A program made the translations under genes and the position numbers. From an uncultured Oscillospiraceae bacterium (lineage in GTDB: Bacteria; Bacillota; Clostridia; Oscillospirales; Oscillospiraceae), in contig CANRLZ010000004.1 in NCBI GenBank assembly GCA_947631595.1, positions 6,985-70,984 of the forward strand: a stretch of 64,000 nucleotides of DNA, read 5' to 3'. How positions within the stretch are numbered: position 1 is the stretch's first letter; each line of letters opens with the position of its first letter. The notes below the pieces were generated by a model. It searched no databases, was not told the DNA's origin, and worked only from the letters and a program-made list of their open reading frames with translations. Positions 17,517-26,896 of the stretch are shown one piece after another.

Positions 17517-18827
17517 GTGAAATTGAGTATTTTATTTTCCCACGTCACCGCCGTGCTGATGGACGACGCCCACACCGTTCTGCCCCACGCCTATGTTCTG
17601 ATAGAGGGGCACAAGATCGTCTCGGTGGGACAGGATAGGCCCCGGGGGTTTGCCGGGGAGGAGATGGACGGCACGGGCAAGGTGCTGTGCCCCGGCTTTG
17701 TGAACGCCCACAGCCACATCCCCATGACCCTCATGCGGGGCTACGGCGGCGGCCACGACCTCCAGGACTGGCTGGAGCATTACATTTTCCCCGCCGAGGC
17801 CAAGTGGGACGACCGGGCCATCCGGGCGGCCACCCGGCTGGGGCTGGCGGAGATGATCGCCTCCGGCATCACCTGCATCGCCGATATGTATATGGGGGGC
17901 GACGCCATTTTGGAGGAGGTCTCGGCCGCGGGGCTGAGCGCCAACTTCTGCTGCGGCGCCACCCAGTTCACCCCGGAGCGCGACCCGGAGAAGATGTCCG
18001 ACGTGCGCCTCCACCGGGCGCTGACGGAGCGTTGGCACGGCTACGGGGATGGGCAGATCGCCATCGACGCCTCCCTCCACGCCGAGTACACCTCCTACGA
18101 AGCCTCCGCCCTCTGGGAGTGGACGGCGGCCTACGCCAAGGAACACGGCCAGGGGTTCCACGTCCACCTGTCCGAGACGGAGAAGGAACACCGGGCGTGC
18201 ATGGAGCGCCACGATGGCCTCACGCCGGCGGCGCTTTTTGAGCGGTACGGGCTATTCGACGTGCGGGCTATCGCCGCCCACTGCGTCTGGGCCACCCCAG
18301 AGGACTGGGAGATCTTCGCCCGGCATGGGGTGAGCGTCGTCCACAACCCCGTGAGCAACCTGAAGCTGGGGTCGGGGGTGGCTCCCATCCCCGCGATGCG
18401 CCGCGCCGGGGTGAACGTGGCCCTGGGCACCGACGGGGTCAGCTCCAACAACGCCACCGACTTCTTCGGGGACATGAAGCTGGCGGCCATCCTCCACAAC
18501 GGCGTGGAACGCGACCCCCTGGCCGTCACCGCCTGGGAGGCGCTGGAGATGGCCACCCGGAACGGGGCGAAGGCCCTGGGGCGGAAGACCGGGCGGATCG
18601 CGCCGGGGTATGACGCCGACCTCATCCTGGTGGACTTTGACGCGCCCAACCTCATCCCATGCCATGACGTGGCGGAAAACCTGGTCTTCTCCGCCCACGG
18701 CTCCAACGTGGCCCTGAATATGTGCCGGGGGAAGGTCATATATCAAAACGGGGCGTTTTTGACCCTGGACATGGAACAGATCAAGCGGGAACTGGCGGAC
18801 TACGCCATCCCCAGACTCTTTGGCTGA
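17517..18827 (+). CDS. mtaD: Amidohydrolase, 5'-methylthioadenosine/S-adenosylhomocysteine deaminase-like
   Basis: 436 aa with a GTG start 4 nt after the punA stop. Metal-binding motif GFVNAHSHIPMTLMRG, and HLSETEKE, as in MtaD/guanine deaminase-type amidohydrolases. Confidence 0.8.
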   Translation: MKLSILFSHVTAVLMDDAHTVLPHAYVLIEGHKIVSVGQDRPRGFAGEEMDGTGKVLCPGFVNAHSHIPMTLMRGYGGGHDLQDWLEHYIFPAEAKWDDRAIRAATRLGLAEMIASGITCIADMYMGGDAILEEVSAAGLSANFCCGATQFTPERDPEKMSDVRLHRALTERWHGYGDGQIAIDASLHAEYTSYEASALWEWTAAYAKEHGQGFHVHLSETEKEHRACMERHDGLTPAALFERYGLFDVRAIAAHCVWATPEDWEIFARHGVSVVHNPVSNLKLGSGVAPIPAMRRAGVNVALGTDGVSSNNATDFFGDMKLAAILHNGVERDPLAVTAWEALEMATRNGAKALGRKTGRIAPGYDADLILVDFDAPNLIPCHDVAENLVFSAHGSNVALNMCRGKVIYQNGAFLTLDMEQIKRELADYAIPRLFG

Positions 18828-18841
18828 ATTGAGGCGGTAGT

Positions 18842-20515
18842 GTGGCAAAGGAACGGAAAAATACCTTCTTCGGCGGGGTCGCCATTTTGATGGTCGGCTC
18901 CCTGCTGGTCAAGCTCATCGGCGCGGTGTACAAGATCCCCCTGGGGAATTTGCTCTCCAACGAGTCCTATGTGGACTTCAACACCGCTTACAACGTCTAT
19001 AACCTCTTCCTCACCATCGCCACCGCCGGGCTGCCGGTGGCCCTGTCCAAGACGGTGTCCGAAGCCCACGCCCTGGGGCGGCAGAACCAGGTGGATCGGG
19101 TGTTCTCCGTGGCGTTCAAGGCGTTCCTCTTCATGGGCCTTGTGAGCTTTGTGGCCATGAGCGTGTTCGCCCGGCCTCTCTCCGTGCTCATGGGAGACGA
19201 CTCGGCGGTCTGGTGCGTGCTGGCCCTCTCCCCCTCCGTGCTGTGCGTGTGCGTGATGGCCTCCTTCCGGGGGTACTACCAGGGGCACTCCAATATGCTC
19301 CCCACCGCGGTGAGCCAGATCATCGAGTCCCTTGGCAAGCTGGTGTTCGGGCTGGTGCTGGCCTGGGTGGTGCTGTCCTTCCTCCCCGGCGCGGAGACCT
19401 ACCGTCAGCGCATGGCCGCCGCCGGGGCGATCTTGGGCGTCTCCATCGGCAGCGTCATCGCCCTGGTCTACATCGTCGCCCACTACTTCCGGGATCGCTT
19501 CCGCCGCCGGGGGCAGGCGGCTGCCGACCAGCCGGAGGCGGGCGCTTCCATCCTCGTCCGGCTGCTGAAACTGGCCATCCCCATCACCCTGGGTTCCGCC
19601 GCCATCAGCCTGGTCACCATCATCGACACCAAGATCGTCCTCTCCCTGCTGGAGCGGATGTATACCGACCTTCCCCAGCTCATCTCCCCGGAGGCGGTGG
19701 CCCAGCAGCTCACCGACGGCGGCGTGCGCCCGGAACTCTATATGGCCCAGGGGCTGAAGGGCATCTACGACAAGTGCATGGCCATCTACAACCTCCCCTC
19801 CCAGCTCATGGTGGCCATCACCGCCAGCGTCATCCCCGCCGTCTCCGCGTGCCTTGCCCGGCGGGACTTCCGGGCGGCCAGCGCCACGTCGGAGTCCGCC
19901 CTGCGCATCGGCATGATCCTGGCGCTCCCCATGGGCGCCGGGCTGTTCGCCCTGGGCGGGCCTATCACCCAGCTCCTCTTCCCCGGCCAGATGGACAGCT
20001 CCATCGCCGGGCCGATCATGTCCGTCCTGGGCCTCGCCACCGTCTTCGTGTGCGTTATGAGCCTCTGCAACTCCATCCTCCAGGCCAACGGGCGGGTGGG
20101 CCTGCCCGTGCTGGCCGTGGCGGTGGGCGGCGTGGTGAAGATCGCGGTGAACTACCTCCTGGTGGGCAACTACGACATCAACATCAAGGGCGCCCCCATC
20201 GGCACGCTGGCGTGCTTCGCGGTGGTGGCCGCGCTGGATATGTTCTTCATCCGCCGGGTGGTCCCCACGCCGCCCAGCTTCCTGCGGGCGTTCGCCAAGC
20301 CCCTGGTCGCCTCCGCGCTCATGGGCGCCGCCGCCTGGGCGGTGTGCGGGCTGGTGGGCCGGTATGTGGGACCGAGGCTGGGCTGCCTGGTGGGCATCGC
20401 CGCGGGGGTGGTGGTCTACTTCGCCCTGGTGGTGCTGCTGAAGGTGTTCTCCAAAGAGGATCTGGAGCTGATGCCCGGCGGGGAGAAATTGGCCAAGATC
20501 CTGCGAATTCGGTAA
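18842..20515 (+). CDS. MOP-superfamily flippase (YabM/SpoVB/MurJ-like polysaccharide biosynthesis protein)
   Basis: 557 aa, polytopic. N-terminus FFGGVAILMVGSLLVKLIGAVYKIPLGNLL is typical of SpoVB/YabM. Sits in a yabM-yabN(mazG)-like context. Confidence 0.8.
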   Translation: MAKERKNTFFGGVAILMVGSLLVKLIGAVYKIPLGNLLSNESYVDFNTAYNVYNLFLTIATAGLPVALSKTVSEAHALGRQNQVDRVFSVAFKAFLFMGLVSFVAMSVFARPLSVLMGDDSAVWCVLALSPSVLCVCVMASFRGYYQGHSNMLPTAVSQIIESLGKLVFGLVLAWVVLSFLPGAETYRQRMAAAGAILGVSIGSVIALVYIVAHYFRDRFRRRGQAAADQPEAGASILVRLLKLAIPITLGSAAISLVTIIDTKIVLSLLERMYTDLPQLISPEAVAQQLTDGGVRPELYMAQGLKGIYDKCMAIYNLPSQLMVAITASVIPAVSACLARRDFRAASATSESALRIGMILALPMGAGLFALGGPITQLLFPGQMDSSIAGPIMSVLGLATVFVCVMSLCNSILQANGRVGLPVLAVAVGGVVKIAVNYLLVGNYDINIKGAPIGTLACFAVVAALDMFFIRRVVPTPPSFLRAFAKPLVASALMGAAAWAVCGLVGRYVGPRLGCLVGIAAGVVVYFALVVLLKVFSKEDLELMPGGEKLAKILRIR

Positions 20516-20617
20516 AGGGATTTCCCTTGTCACCCCCGTGAGACGCACGATTTTTTGTAAATTTTTCGGGGTGTACGAGAAAAATATCAAAAAAGCTCTT
20601 GCGAAAAGAGGGAGAAT

Positions 20618-21433
20618 ATGTTAGATTTTATGTATAAGGATCATTACGGTCTGGATGACCTGGAGCGGATCGTGGAGATCCTCCGCGCTCCGGGCGGCTG
20701 TCCCTGGGATCGGGAGCAGACCCATGCGTCCATCCGGCAGAATATGCTGGAGGAGGCCTATGAGGTCTGCGAGGCCATCGACCAGACCGACCGCGACCAC
20801 CTGAAAGAAGAGCTTGGCGACGTCTTACTTCAGGTGGCTCTTCATGCGCAGATGGAAAAGGAGCGTGGCTCCTTCACCCTGGCCGACGTGGCCGACGGGA
20901 TCTCCCAGAAGCTCATCTTCCGCCACCCCCACGTCTTCGGGGATGTGAACGCCCAGGACGTGGATCAGGCGCTGAACACCTGGGACGCCATGAAGCGGGT
21001 GGAGAAGTCCCAGGTCACCTACACCGACACCCTCCGGGCCGTGGCCATGTCCCTCCCCGCCCTTTGGCGGGCGGAGAAGGTTCAGAAGAAGGCCAAAAAG
21101 GCCGGGTTCGACTGGCCGGACGTGAAGGGCGCGTTGGACAAGCTCTCCGAGGAGTTGGAGGAACTTCGCGCCGCGGTGGACGGCGACGGAGACGTGACCG
21201 AGGAGTTGGGCGATCTGCTCTTCGCCTGCGTGAACGTGGCGCGGTTCGTCCACGCCGACCCGGAACAGGCGCTCACCCAGGCCACCGACAAATTCATCTC
21301 CCGCTTCGCCCTGGTGGAGCAAAAAACCCAGGCCGAAGGGCAGGATATGAAGGAGATGGATCTGGCCCAGCTGGACGCCCTCTGGGATCGGGCAAAGCAG
21401 GACTTAAAGGATGGTCAGACCGGCCGTCTTTAA
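20618..21433 (+). CDS. mazG: Nucleoside triphosphate pyrophosphohydrolase MazG (YabN-like)
   Basis: 271 aa with two MazG EExxE-type motifs: LEEAYEVCEAID...ELGDVLLQV, and ELEELRAAV...ELGDLLFACVNVARF. Confidence 0.9.
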   Translation: MLDFMYKDHYGLDDLERIVEILRAPGGCPWDREQTHASIRQNMLEEAYEVCEAIDQTDRDHLKEELGDVLLQVALHAQMEKERGSFTLADVADGISQKLIFRHPHVFGDVNAQDVDQALNTWDAMKRVEKSQVTYTDTLRAVAMSLPALWRAEKVQKKAKKAGFDWPDVKGALDKLSEELEELRAAVDGDGDVTEELGDLLFACVNVARFVHADPEQALTQATDKFISRFALVEQKTQAEGQDMKEMDLAQLDALWDRAKQDLKDGQTGRL

Positions 21434-21481
21434 GTATAAAGCGGCGCAAGCCGCAGAAAAAAAAGTAGGAGGAATACACCA

Positions 21482-21757
21482 ATGAACAAAGCGGAACTCA
21501 TCACTGCCGTGGCCGAGAAGGCCGGCCTGTCCAAGAAGGACTCCGAACTGGCTGTCAGCGCTGTCATCGACGTCATCACCGCCGCTCTGAAGAAGGGCGA
21601 CAAGGTTCAGCTCGTCGGCTTCGGCGGCTTCGAGGTCAAGACCCGCAACGCCCGCACCGGCCGCAACCCCAAGACCAAGGAAGTCATCCAGATCCCCGCC
21701 TCCAAGGTGCCCGTGTTCAAGGCCGGCAAGGCCCTGAAGGACGCCGTGGCGAAATAA
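21482..21757 (+). CDS. hup: DNA-binding protein HU
   Basis: 91 aa. MNKAELI...[42 protein letters not shown] is canonical HU. AGGAGG RBS. Confidence 0.97.
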   Translation: MNKAELITAVAEKAGLSKKDSELAVSAVIDVITAALKKGDKVQLVGFGGFEVKTRNARTGRNPKTKEVIQIPASKVPVFKAGKALKDAVAK

Positions 21758-21778
21758 GACTTCTCCCCTGTGCGCAAA

Positions 21779-21810
21779 ACCGCCGCCGGATCGCTCCGGC
21801 GGCGGTTTTT
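21779..21810 (+). terminator. Terminator after hup
   Basis: 12-bp stem accgccgccgga/tccggcggcggt with loop tcgc, followed by ttttt. Confidence 0.85.
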
Positions 21811-21879
21811 GTCTTGACCGGGAAAGGCGGTTGGGATAAAATGAAAAAAATTATTTCCCGGAAAAAGGAGGCCAGGGGC

Positions 21880-22545
21880 ATGGACTACGGGGAAATTTTG
21901 TCCCGCTGCGACCACACCCTTCTGAGGCAGGACTGCACCTGGGGACAAATTCAGGCGCTGTGCGACGAGGGCATGGCCTACGGCTGCGCCAGCGTGTGCA
22001 TCCCGCCGGCCTACGTGGCGCGCGCCGCCGACTATGTGGCGGGCAGGCTGCCCATCTGCACCGTCATCGGCTTTCCCAACGGCTACGCCACCACCGCCGT
22101 CAAGGTCTTTGAGACGGAGGACGCCGTCCGCAACGGGGCGGACGAGATCGACATGGTGGTCAACCTGGGCTGGGTGAAGGACGGGCTGTGGGAGGACGTG
22201 CTGGACGAGTTGATGGCGGTGCGCCGGGCCTGCCGCGGGAAGGTCCTCAAGGTCATCATCGAGACGTGCCTGCTCACCGAGGCGGAGAAGGTCAAGCTGT
22301 GCCGGTTGGTGAGCCGGTCCGGGGCGGACTTCATCAAGACCTCCACCGGCTTCTCCACCGGCGGGGCGACCCGAGAAGATGTGGCGCTGCTGCGCCAAAA
22401 CGCGGCGCCCAATGTGAAGGTCAAAGCCGCCGGCGGCATCGCCTCGCTGGAGGACGCCCAGGACTTCCTCTCCCTGGGCGCCGACCGCCTGGGCACCAGC
22501 CGGGTGGTCAGACTGGTGAAAGGCCGTCAGGACGAGAGGCATTGA
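21880..22545 (+). CDS. deoC: Deoxyribose-phosphate aldolase
   Basis: Trimmed to the ATG at 21880 (AGGAGG RBS). DeoC motifs: DHTLL, VCIPP, VIGFPNG, FIKTSTGF (Schiff-base Lys), KAAGGI. Confidence 0.9.
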   Translation: MDYGEILSRCDHTLLRQDCTWGQIQALCDEGMAYGCASVCIPPAYVARAADYVAGRLPICTVIGFPNGYATTAVKVFETEDAVRNGADEIDMVVNLGWVKDGLWEDVLDELMAVRRACRGKVLKVIIETCLLTEAEKVKLCRLVSRSGADFIKTSTGFSTGGATREDVALLRQNAAPNVKVKAAGGIASLEDAQDFLSLGADRLGTSRVVRLVKGRQDERH

Positions 22546-22581
22546 TCCGCCCGCCTCGGCGAAAACGGCCGGGAGAAATAC

Positions 22582-22626
22582 AGCAGGGGCCGCACGTCCG
22601 CGCGGCCCCTGCTCTTTGCTTTTTTA
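22582..22626 (+). terminator. Terminator after deoC
   Basis: Stem agcaggggccgc/gcggcccctgct followed by ctttgctttttta. Confidence 0.8.
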
Positions 22627-22649
22627 CGTTCCGCACTCCGTCGGCGGGG

Positions 22650-23750
22650 TCAGGGCTGTGTGGGGCCTGTTTCTTTCGGCTCGGGCTGGGGGGCGGGGGC
22701 TTCCGCCTGTTGGGGGGCGGGGCGGCGGGATTTTCGGGTCAGGCAGAGGCTGCGGGCCGCCGTGGCCACGAATGCCGCGCCGATGGCCGCCACGGCCAGC
22801 CAGACGGTCTGCCACGGCTTGCCGTCCTCCCGCGCGGGCGCCAGAAAGACGCCCCACGTCCCGTCCTTTTGCACCGCGCGCAGATGGCCCCCCTGCGGCG
22901 CCCTGACATCGTCATACTCCAGGGGGACGACCTCCCGGCCGGTGGCGTCCAAAAAGCCAAACCTCCAGATCCAGTCCCCGTCCTCGTCCTCGTCCCGCTT
23001 CCCTACGACCGCCAAGCCCTCGGAAAAATCCCGCGCGTTGCCATATTCCAGGGGAATGGCCTCCTGACCGGCGGCGTTCACAAAGCCGAACTTCAGATTC
23101 TCATCCTCGTCATACTTCTCCACGACCGCAAAACCCTCAGAAAAAGACCGCCCGCCGGCGTATTCCAAGGGGATCGCCTCCCGGCCTGTAGCGTCCACAA
23201 AGCCGTACCTCCAGCTCTGATCTCCGTCCTCATTGATCCGCTTCTCGACTGCCGCCAGGCCCTCGGAAAAAGGCCCTATCCAACCGTATTCCAGGGGGAC
23301 GATCTCTTGGCCGGCGGTATCCACAGCGCCGTATTTCAGCACCCCGTCCTGATCACACCTTCCCACGGCGGCAAGACCCTCGGAAAAAGGCCCCATACAA
23401 CCGTATTCCAGGGGAATGACCTCTTGACCGGCGGCATCCACAGCGCCGTATTTCAGCACCCCGTCCTGATCACACCTTCCCACAACGGCAAGACCCTCGC
23501 TGGTGGGTTCCACCAGGTCATAGGCCACCGGCTGGCCGGTCGCCAGGTCGATACAGGAAAAGAAAGGAGGACCCTCCGGGTCAAAAAGCGTCAGCCAGTT
23601 CAGCTCGCTGTTATAGGATCGCGGCTCCCCCGGCGTTGTCAGCCATTCGATCGACAGCTCCGGCGCCGCCGCCTGGGCGGCGGGGGAAATCACCCCGCCC
23701 AGCAGGGCCAGGAGCAGGGCCAAGGACAGGGTCTTTTTCACGGGGATCAC
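22650..23750 (-). CDS. WG-repeat (KWG-like) membrane protein: signal peptide, at least 6 repeats, C-terminal TM anchor
   Basis: Repeating unit ...GLAxV.K.D.DG..KYGFVDATGQEVIPLEYG...FSEG. TM segment WQTVWLAVAAIGAAFVATAA is followed by a basic/Pro-rich tail. The start is GTG at 23750 or, with better RBS spacing, GTG at 23741 (MKKTLSLALLL). Confidence 0.8.
   Translation of the reverse strand: MIPVKKTLSLALLLALLGGVISPAAQAAAPELSIEWLTTPGEPRSYNSELNWLTLFDPEGPPFFSCIDLATGQPVAYDLVEPTSEGLAVVGRCDQDGVLKYGAVDAAGQEVIPLEYGCMGPFSEGLAAVGRCDQDGVLKYGAVDTAGQEIVPLEYGWIGPFSEGLAAVEKRINEDGDQSWRYGFVDATGREAIPLEYAGGRSFSEGFAVVEKYDEDENLKFGFVNAAGQEAIPLEYGNARDFSEGLAVVGKRDEDEDGDWIWRFGFLDATGREVVPLEYDDVRAPQGGHLRAVQKDGTWGVFLAPAREDGKPWQTVWLAVAAIGAAFVATAARSLCLTRKSRRPAPQQAEAPAPQPEPKETGPTQP
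23281..23510. repeat. Near-identical 117-bp in-frame tandem duplication inside the WG-repeat gene
   Basis: Copy A starts at 23281 (caaccgtattccagggggacgatctc...) and copy B at 23398 (caaccgtattccaggggaatgacctc...). Only a handful of substitutions over about 105 bp. The other WG repeats in the gene are much more diverged. Confidence 0.85.
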
Positions 23751-23819
23751 GTCCTTTCTTTCGGCGTGATGAGTCCGCTCTTGACGGCGGAGAGGGTCTG
23801 TCCCCCTCCTGGCCCGCGC

Positions 23820-25994
23820 TTATTTTTTGTAGTAGTTGATGAGGCAGCCGGAGAGGATGATGTCCCGCTCCTCGCGGGTGAGGCCGGGGAGCTTCAGGGT
23901 CACGGGGGTCTGGCGGTCGCCTTGGATGAGGGTGGCGGAGATGGTCTCGCCGTCCCCTTCCAGGAGGGTCTTGACGCCGGGGATGGAGAGCTGGTCGCCG
24001 GGCTGGAGGTTCCAGTCCGCCACGTCCTCGGCGATGAAGGGCAGCATCCCCCAGTTGACCACGTTGGAGCGGTAGCGCTTGGTGGCGTACTCCGCGGCCA
24101 GGTTGGCGCAGCCCCCCAGCACCCGCTGGCAGGAGGCGGCCTGCTCCCGGGCCGAGCCGTCGCCCGGCTTCAGGGCCATGACGAAGGAGCCGAGGCCGGT
24201 GTCCCCCGGCTGGGGTTGCGCGCGCCGGGCGGCCTCCCGGGCCTGGACGGCCAGCGCCCGCTCCACATACCGCGGCTCCTTGCGGGAGAGGGCGAACTGG
24301 GCCAGCTTCAGGGGGTTGGAGCGGTAGGAGGAGGTCTCCCCGGAGGGGATGAGTTCGTCGGTGGTGGTGACGGGGTCGTAGATGGCGGCGCAACAGGTCA
24401 AAAGCAGGTTCTCCGGCAGGGGGATCTGCTGGGGCCAGTCGGCGATGTTGGGGCCGAAGACCAGCTCGGCCTCCGGGTCGGGCTTGCCCACGCCGTAGTA
24501 GACCCGGGCGCGGTAGGTGCTGTCGTCGTAGTCCCAGGTCTCCTCCGGGCTGTCGGCGGGGCAGTCGGGCAGCTCGTCGGCGGCGGTGAGGATGCCGCCG
24601 TTCCGGGCGGTGGCGGCGATGCTCCGGGCGTCCATAAGCGCCACGTAGCTCACCTGGCCGTCTCCGGGCTTGCTCCCCTCCCGGTTGGGGAAGTTACGGG
24701 TGGAGTGGCGGATGGAGAAGCAGCCGTTGGCGGGCACGTCCCCCGCGCCGAAGCAAGGCCCACAGAAGCAGGAGCGGATGGTGGCGCCCGCTGTCATCAG
24801 CTCGTCCAGGCAGCCCTTCCGGGACAGCTCCAGGTAGATGGGCATGGAGCCGGGGTAGCAGGACAGCCAGAAAGCGCCGTCCCCGGTGGCCGCGCCCTTC
24901 AAAATCTGGGCCGCCCGCTTCAGGTTCTGGAAGGTGCCGCCGGAACACCCGGCGATGACCCCCTGGTCCACCTGGAAGCCGCGGGGGCCGATCTTCTCGG
25001 TGAGAGACGGGGCGTTCTTCACCCCCAGCTGCTGGGCGGCGCGCTGGTCTACCCCGTGGAGCAGGTCGGCCATGTTCTCCTTGAATTCCCGGATGGGGTA
25101 GGCAAGGGAGGGGTGGAAGGGCAGGGCGATCATCGGCTCCACCTGGTCCAGGGGCAGGAACACCGCCCCGTCGTACTCCGCGCCCTCCTGGGGGGTCAGC
25201 TCCTGATAGCTCTCCCCCCGGCCCAGGGCGGTGAGCGCCGCCTGGGTCTTGTCGTCGGTCTGCCAGACGCTGGACCAGCAGGCGGTCTCGGTGGTCATCA
25301 CGTCGATGCCGCAGCGGTAGTCCATAGAGAGGTTGGCCACGCCGGGGCCGATGAACTCCAGGGCGGCGTTTTTCACGATCCCCTGGGAGAAGGTGGCGGC
25401 GATGAGGGCCAGGGCCACGTCCTGCGGCCCCACCCCCGGCTTGGGGCTGCCGGTGAGGTAGACGGCGATCACCGGCGGGCGCGCCAGGTCGTAGGTCTTG
25501 GACAAAAGCTGCCGGGCCAGCTCCGGGCCGCCCTCGCCGATGGCCAGACAGCCGTAGGCGCCGTAGCGGGTGTGGCTGTCCGAACCCAGGATCATCTTGC
25601 CGGGGGCGGCGTAGCGCTCCCGCATGTAGGAGTGGATCACCGCCTGGTGGGCGGGGACGAACTCGCCGCCGTACTTCTTGGCCGCGGAGAGGCCGAAGCG
25701 GTGGTCGTCCTCGTTGATGGTGCCGCCCACGGCGCACAGGGAGTTGTGGCAGTTGGTCAGCACGTAGGGCAGCGGAAAACGCTCCATCCCGGAGGCCCGG
25801 GCGGTCTGGATGATGCCCACATAGGTGATGTCGTGGGACGCCATGGCGTCAAATCTGATTTGCAGCCGGGCGGGGTTCCGGGAGCTGTCGTGCCCGGCGA
25901 TGATCCGGGCGGCCATCGTCTTGCCCTTCTCCCCTGTTCCGGGGGTCAACGCCCCGGCGCGGTAGACCATCGGCTGCTGCTGTACAGTCAACAT
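23820..25994 (-). CDS. Aconitase-family hydratase (putative aconitate hydratase)
   Basis: 724 aa. Aconitase-like Fe-S ligand contexts: GSDSHT, CGPCFG, NFPNREGS. GGGAGGAG RBS at the ATG. Confidence 0.75.
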   Translation of the reverse strand: MLTVQQQPMVYRAGALTPGTGEKGKTMAARIIAGHDSSRNPARLQIRFDAMASHDITYVGIIQTARASGMERFPLPYVLTNCHNSLCAVGGTINEDDHRFGLSAAKKYGGEFVPAHQAVIHSYMRERYAAPGKMILGSDSHTRYGAYGCLAIGEGGPELARQLLSKTYDLARPPVIAVYLTGSPKPGVGPQDVALALIAATFSQGIVKNAALEFIGPGVANLSMDYRCGIDVMTTETACWSSVWQTDDKTQAALTALGRGESYQELTPQEGAEYDGAVFLPLDQVEPMIALPFHPSLAYPIREFKENMADLLHGVDQRAAQQLGVKNAPSLTEKIGPRGFQVDQGVIAGCSGGTFQNLKRAAQILKGAATGDGAFWLSCYPGSMPIYLELSRKGCLDELMTAGATIRSCFCGPCFGAGDVPANGCFSIRHSTRNFPNREGSKPGDGQVSYVALMDARSIAATARNGGILTAADELPDCPADSPEETWDYDDSTYRARVYYGVGKPDPEAELVFGPNIADWPQQIPLPENLLLTCCAAIYDPVTTTDELIPSGETSSYRSNPLKLAQFALSRKEPRYVERALAVQAREAARRAQPQPGDTGLGSFVMALKPGDGSAREQAASCQRVLGGCANLAAEYATKRYRSNVVNWGMLPFIAEDVADWNLQPGDQLSIPGVKTLLEGDGETISATLIQGDRQTPVTLKLPGLTREERDIILSGCLINYYKK

Positions 25995-26103
25995 TCGATC
26001 TCCTCCCTATCTCTCAGAGAACTTTTCACGAACTTTGTCCCAGTATACCAAATCAGCCGGGAAAACGCAACAGTTCCATTTCCCCCCTCGCCGGGGTGGG
26101 CAC

Positions 26104-26132
26104 TTGTTTTTTTGACTGGGATGTGGTATCAT
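26104..26132 (+). promoter_or_regulatory. Putative promoter of the M50 protease gene
   Basis: TTGTTT (26104-26109), 17-nt spacer, TGgTATCAT extended -10 (26124-26132). Confidence 0.4.
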
Positions 26133-26201
26133 GGAAAAACTTAGAGTGTGCTGGATCGGAGGCGCGGCGACTTGGGTTCTTTCTCGGATTTTTGGAGCCA
26201 C

Positions 26202-26867
26202 ATGGACTGGAACGGGCTGCTCGCCGCCCTCTCCACCGCTGTGGCCGCGCTCATCTGCCTCACCGTCCACGAGCTGTGCCACGGGGCGGTGGCCTACCGC
26301 CTGGGCGACCCCACCGCCAAGAGCGCCGGGCGGCTCACCCTCAACCCCGTCCGGCACATCGACCCGCTGGGGCTTATCTTGATGATCACCGCCCACGTGG
26401 GCTGGGCCAAGCCGGTGCCGGTGGACCCCCGGTACTTCAAAAAGCCAAAGTCGGGCATGGCGGTCACCGCCCTGGCCGGGCCGGCGTCCAATTTCATTCT
26501 GGCCTGGGTGTTCCTGGTTTTGGGCGGACTGCTCCTGCGGATGATGAACATCGCCATCGACTGGCCCACGGGGGTGGTCCGGGTGATCTGGGCGGTGGTG
26601 CAGTTCCTTGTGAACGCCGCGGTACTCAGCGTGGGGCTGGGGGTGTTCAACCTCTTCCCCATCCCGCCCCTGGACGGCTCCAAGGTACTCTTCGCCCTGC
26701 TCCCCGACCGGGCCTACAACGCCATTTTGCGCTACGAGCGCTTCGGGATGCTGGCGCTGCTGGCGGTGGTGTGGCTGGGCTGGCTGGATAGGCCCTTGAC
26801 CTTTCTCATCACCGGGGTCGTCAGACTTCTGGCGTCCATCAGCGGCTTCCCCATCCCCCTGTTCTGA
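26202..26867 (+). CDS. Site-2 protease family (peptidase M50) membrane metalloprotease
   Basis: HELCHG zinc motif and FNLFPIPPLDGSKV motif. I prefer the ATG at 26202 (GGAG RBS, downstream of the predicted TSS) over the track start GTG at 26148. Confidence 0.8.
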   Translation: MDWNGLLAALSTAVAALICLTVHELCHGAVAYRLGDPTAKSAGRLTLNPVRHIDPLGLILMITAHVGWAKPVPVDPRYFKKPKSGMAVTALAGPASNFILAWVFLVLGGLLLRMMNIAIDWPTGVVRVIWAVVQFLVNAAVLSVGLGVFNLFPIPPLDGSKVLFALLPDRAYNAILRYERFGMLALLAVVWLGWLDRPLTFLITGVVRLLASISGFPIPLF

Positions 26868-26896
26868 GACATCCCGCCCACGGGAAGGAGGCGAGT

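Noticed and set aside
20618-21433. MazG considered as part of a toxin-antitoxin or anti-phage module
   Set aside because: There are no mazE/mazF-like small ORFs nearby. The gene sits in the conserved housekeeping context yabM-like flippase / yabN(mazG) / hup.
22650-23750. Near-identical repeats in the WG-repeat gene considered as the template/variable repeats of a diversity-generating retroelement
   Set aside because: There is no reverse transcriptase or accessory gene anywhere in the window. The two copies are adjacent in-frame tandem units, and their differences are not confined to adenine positions.
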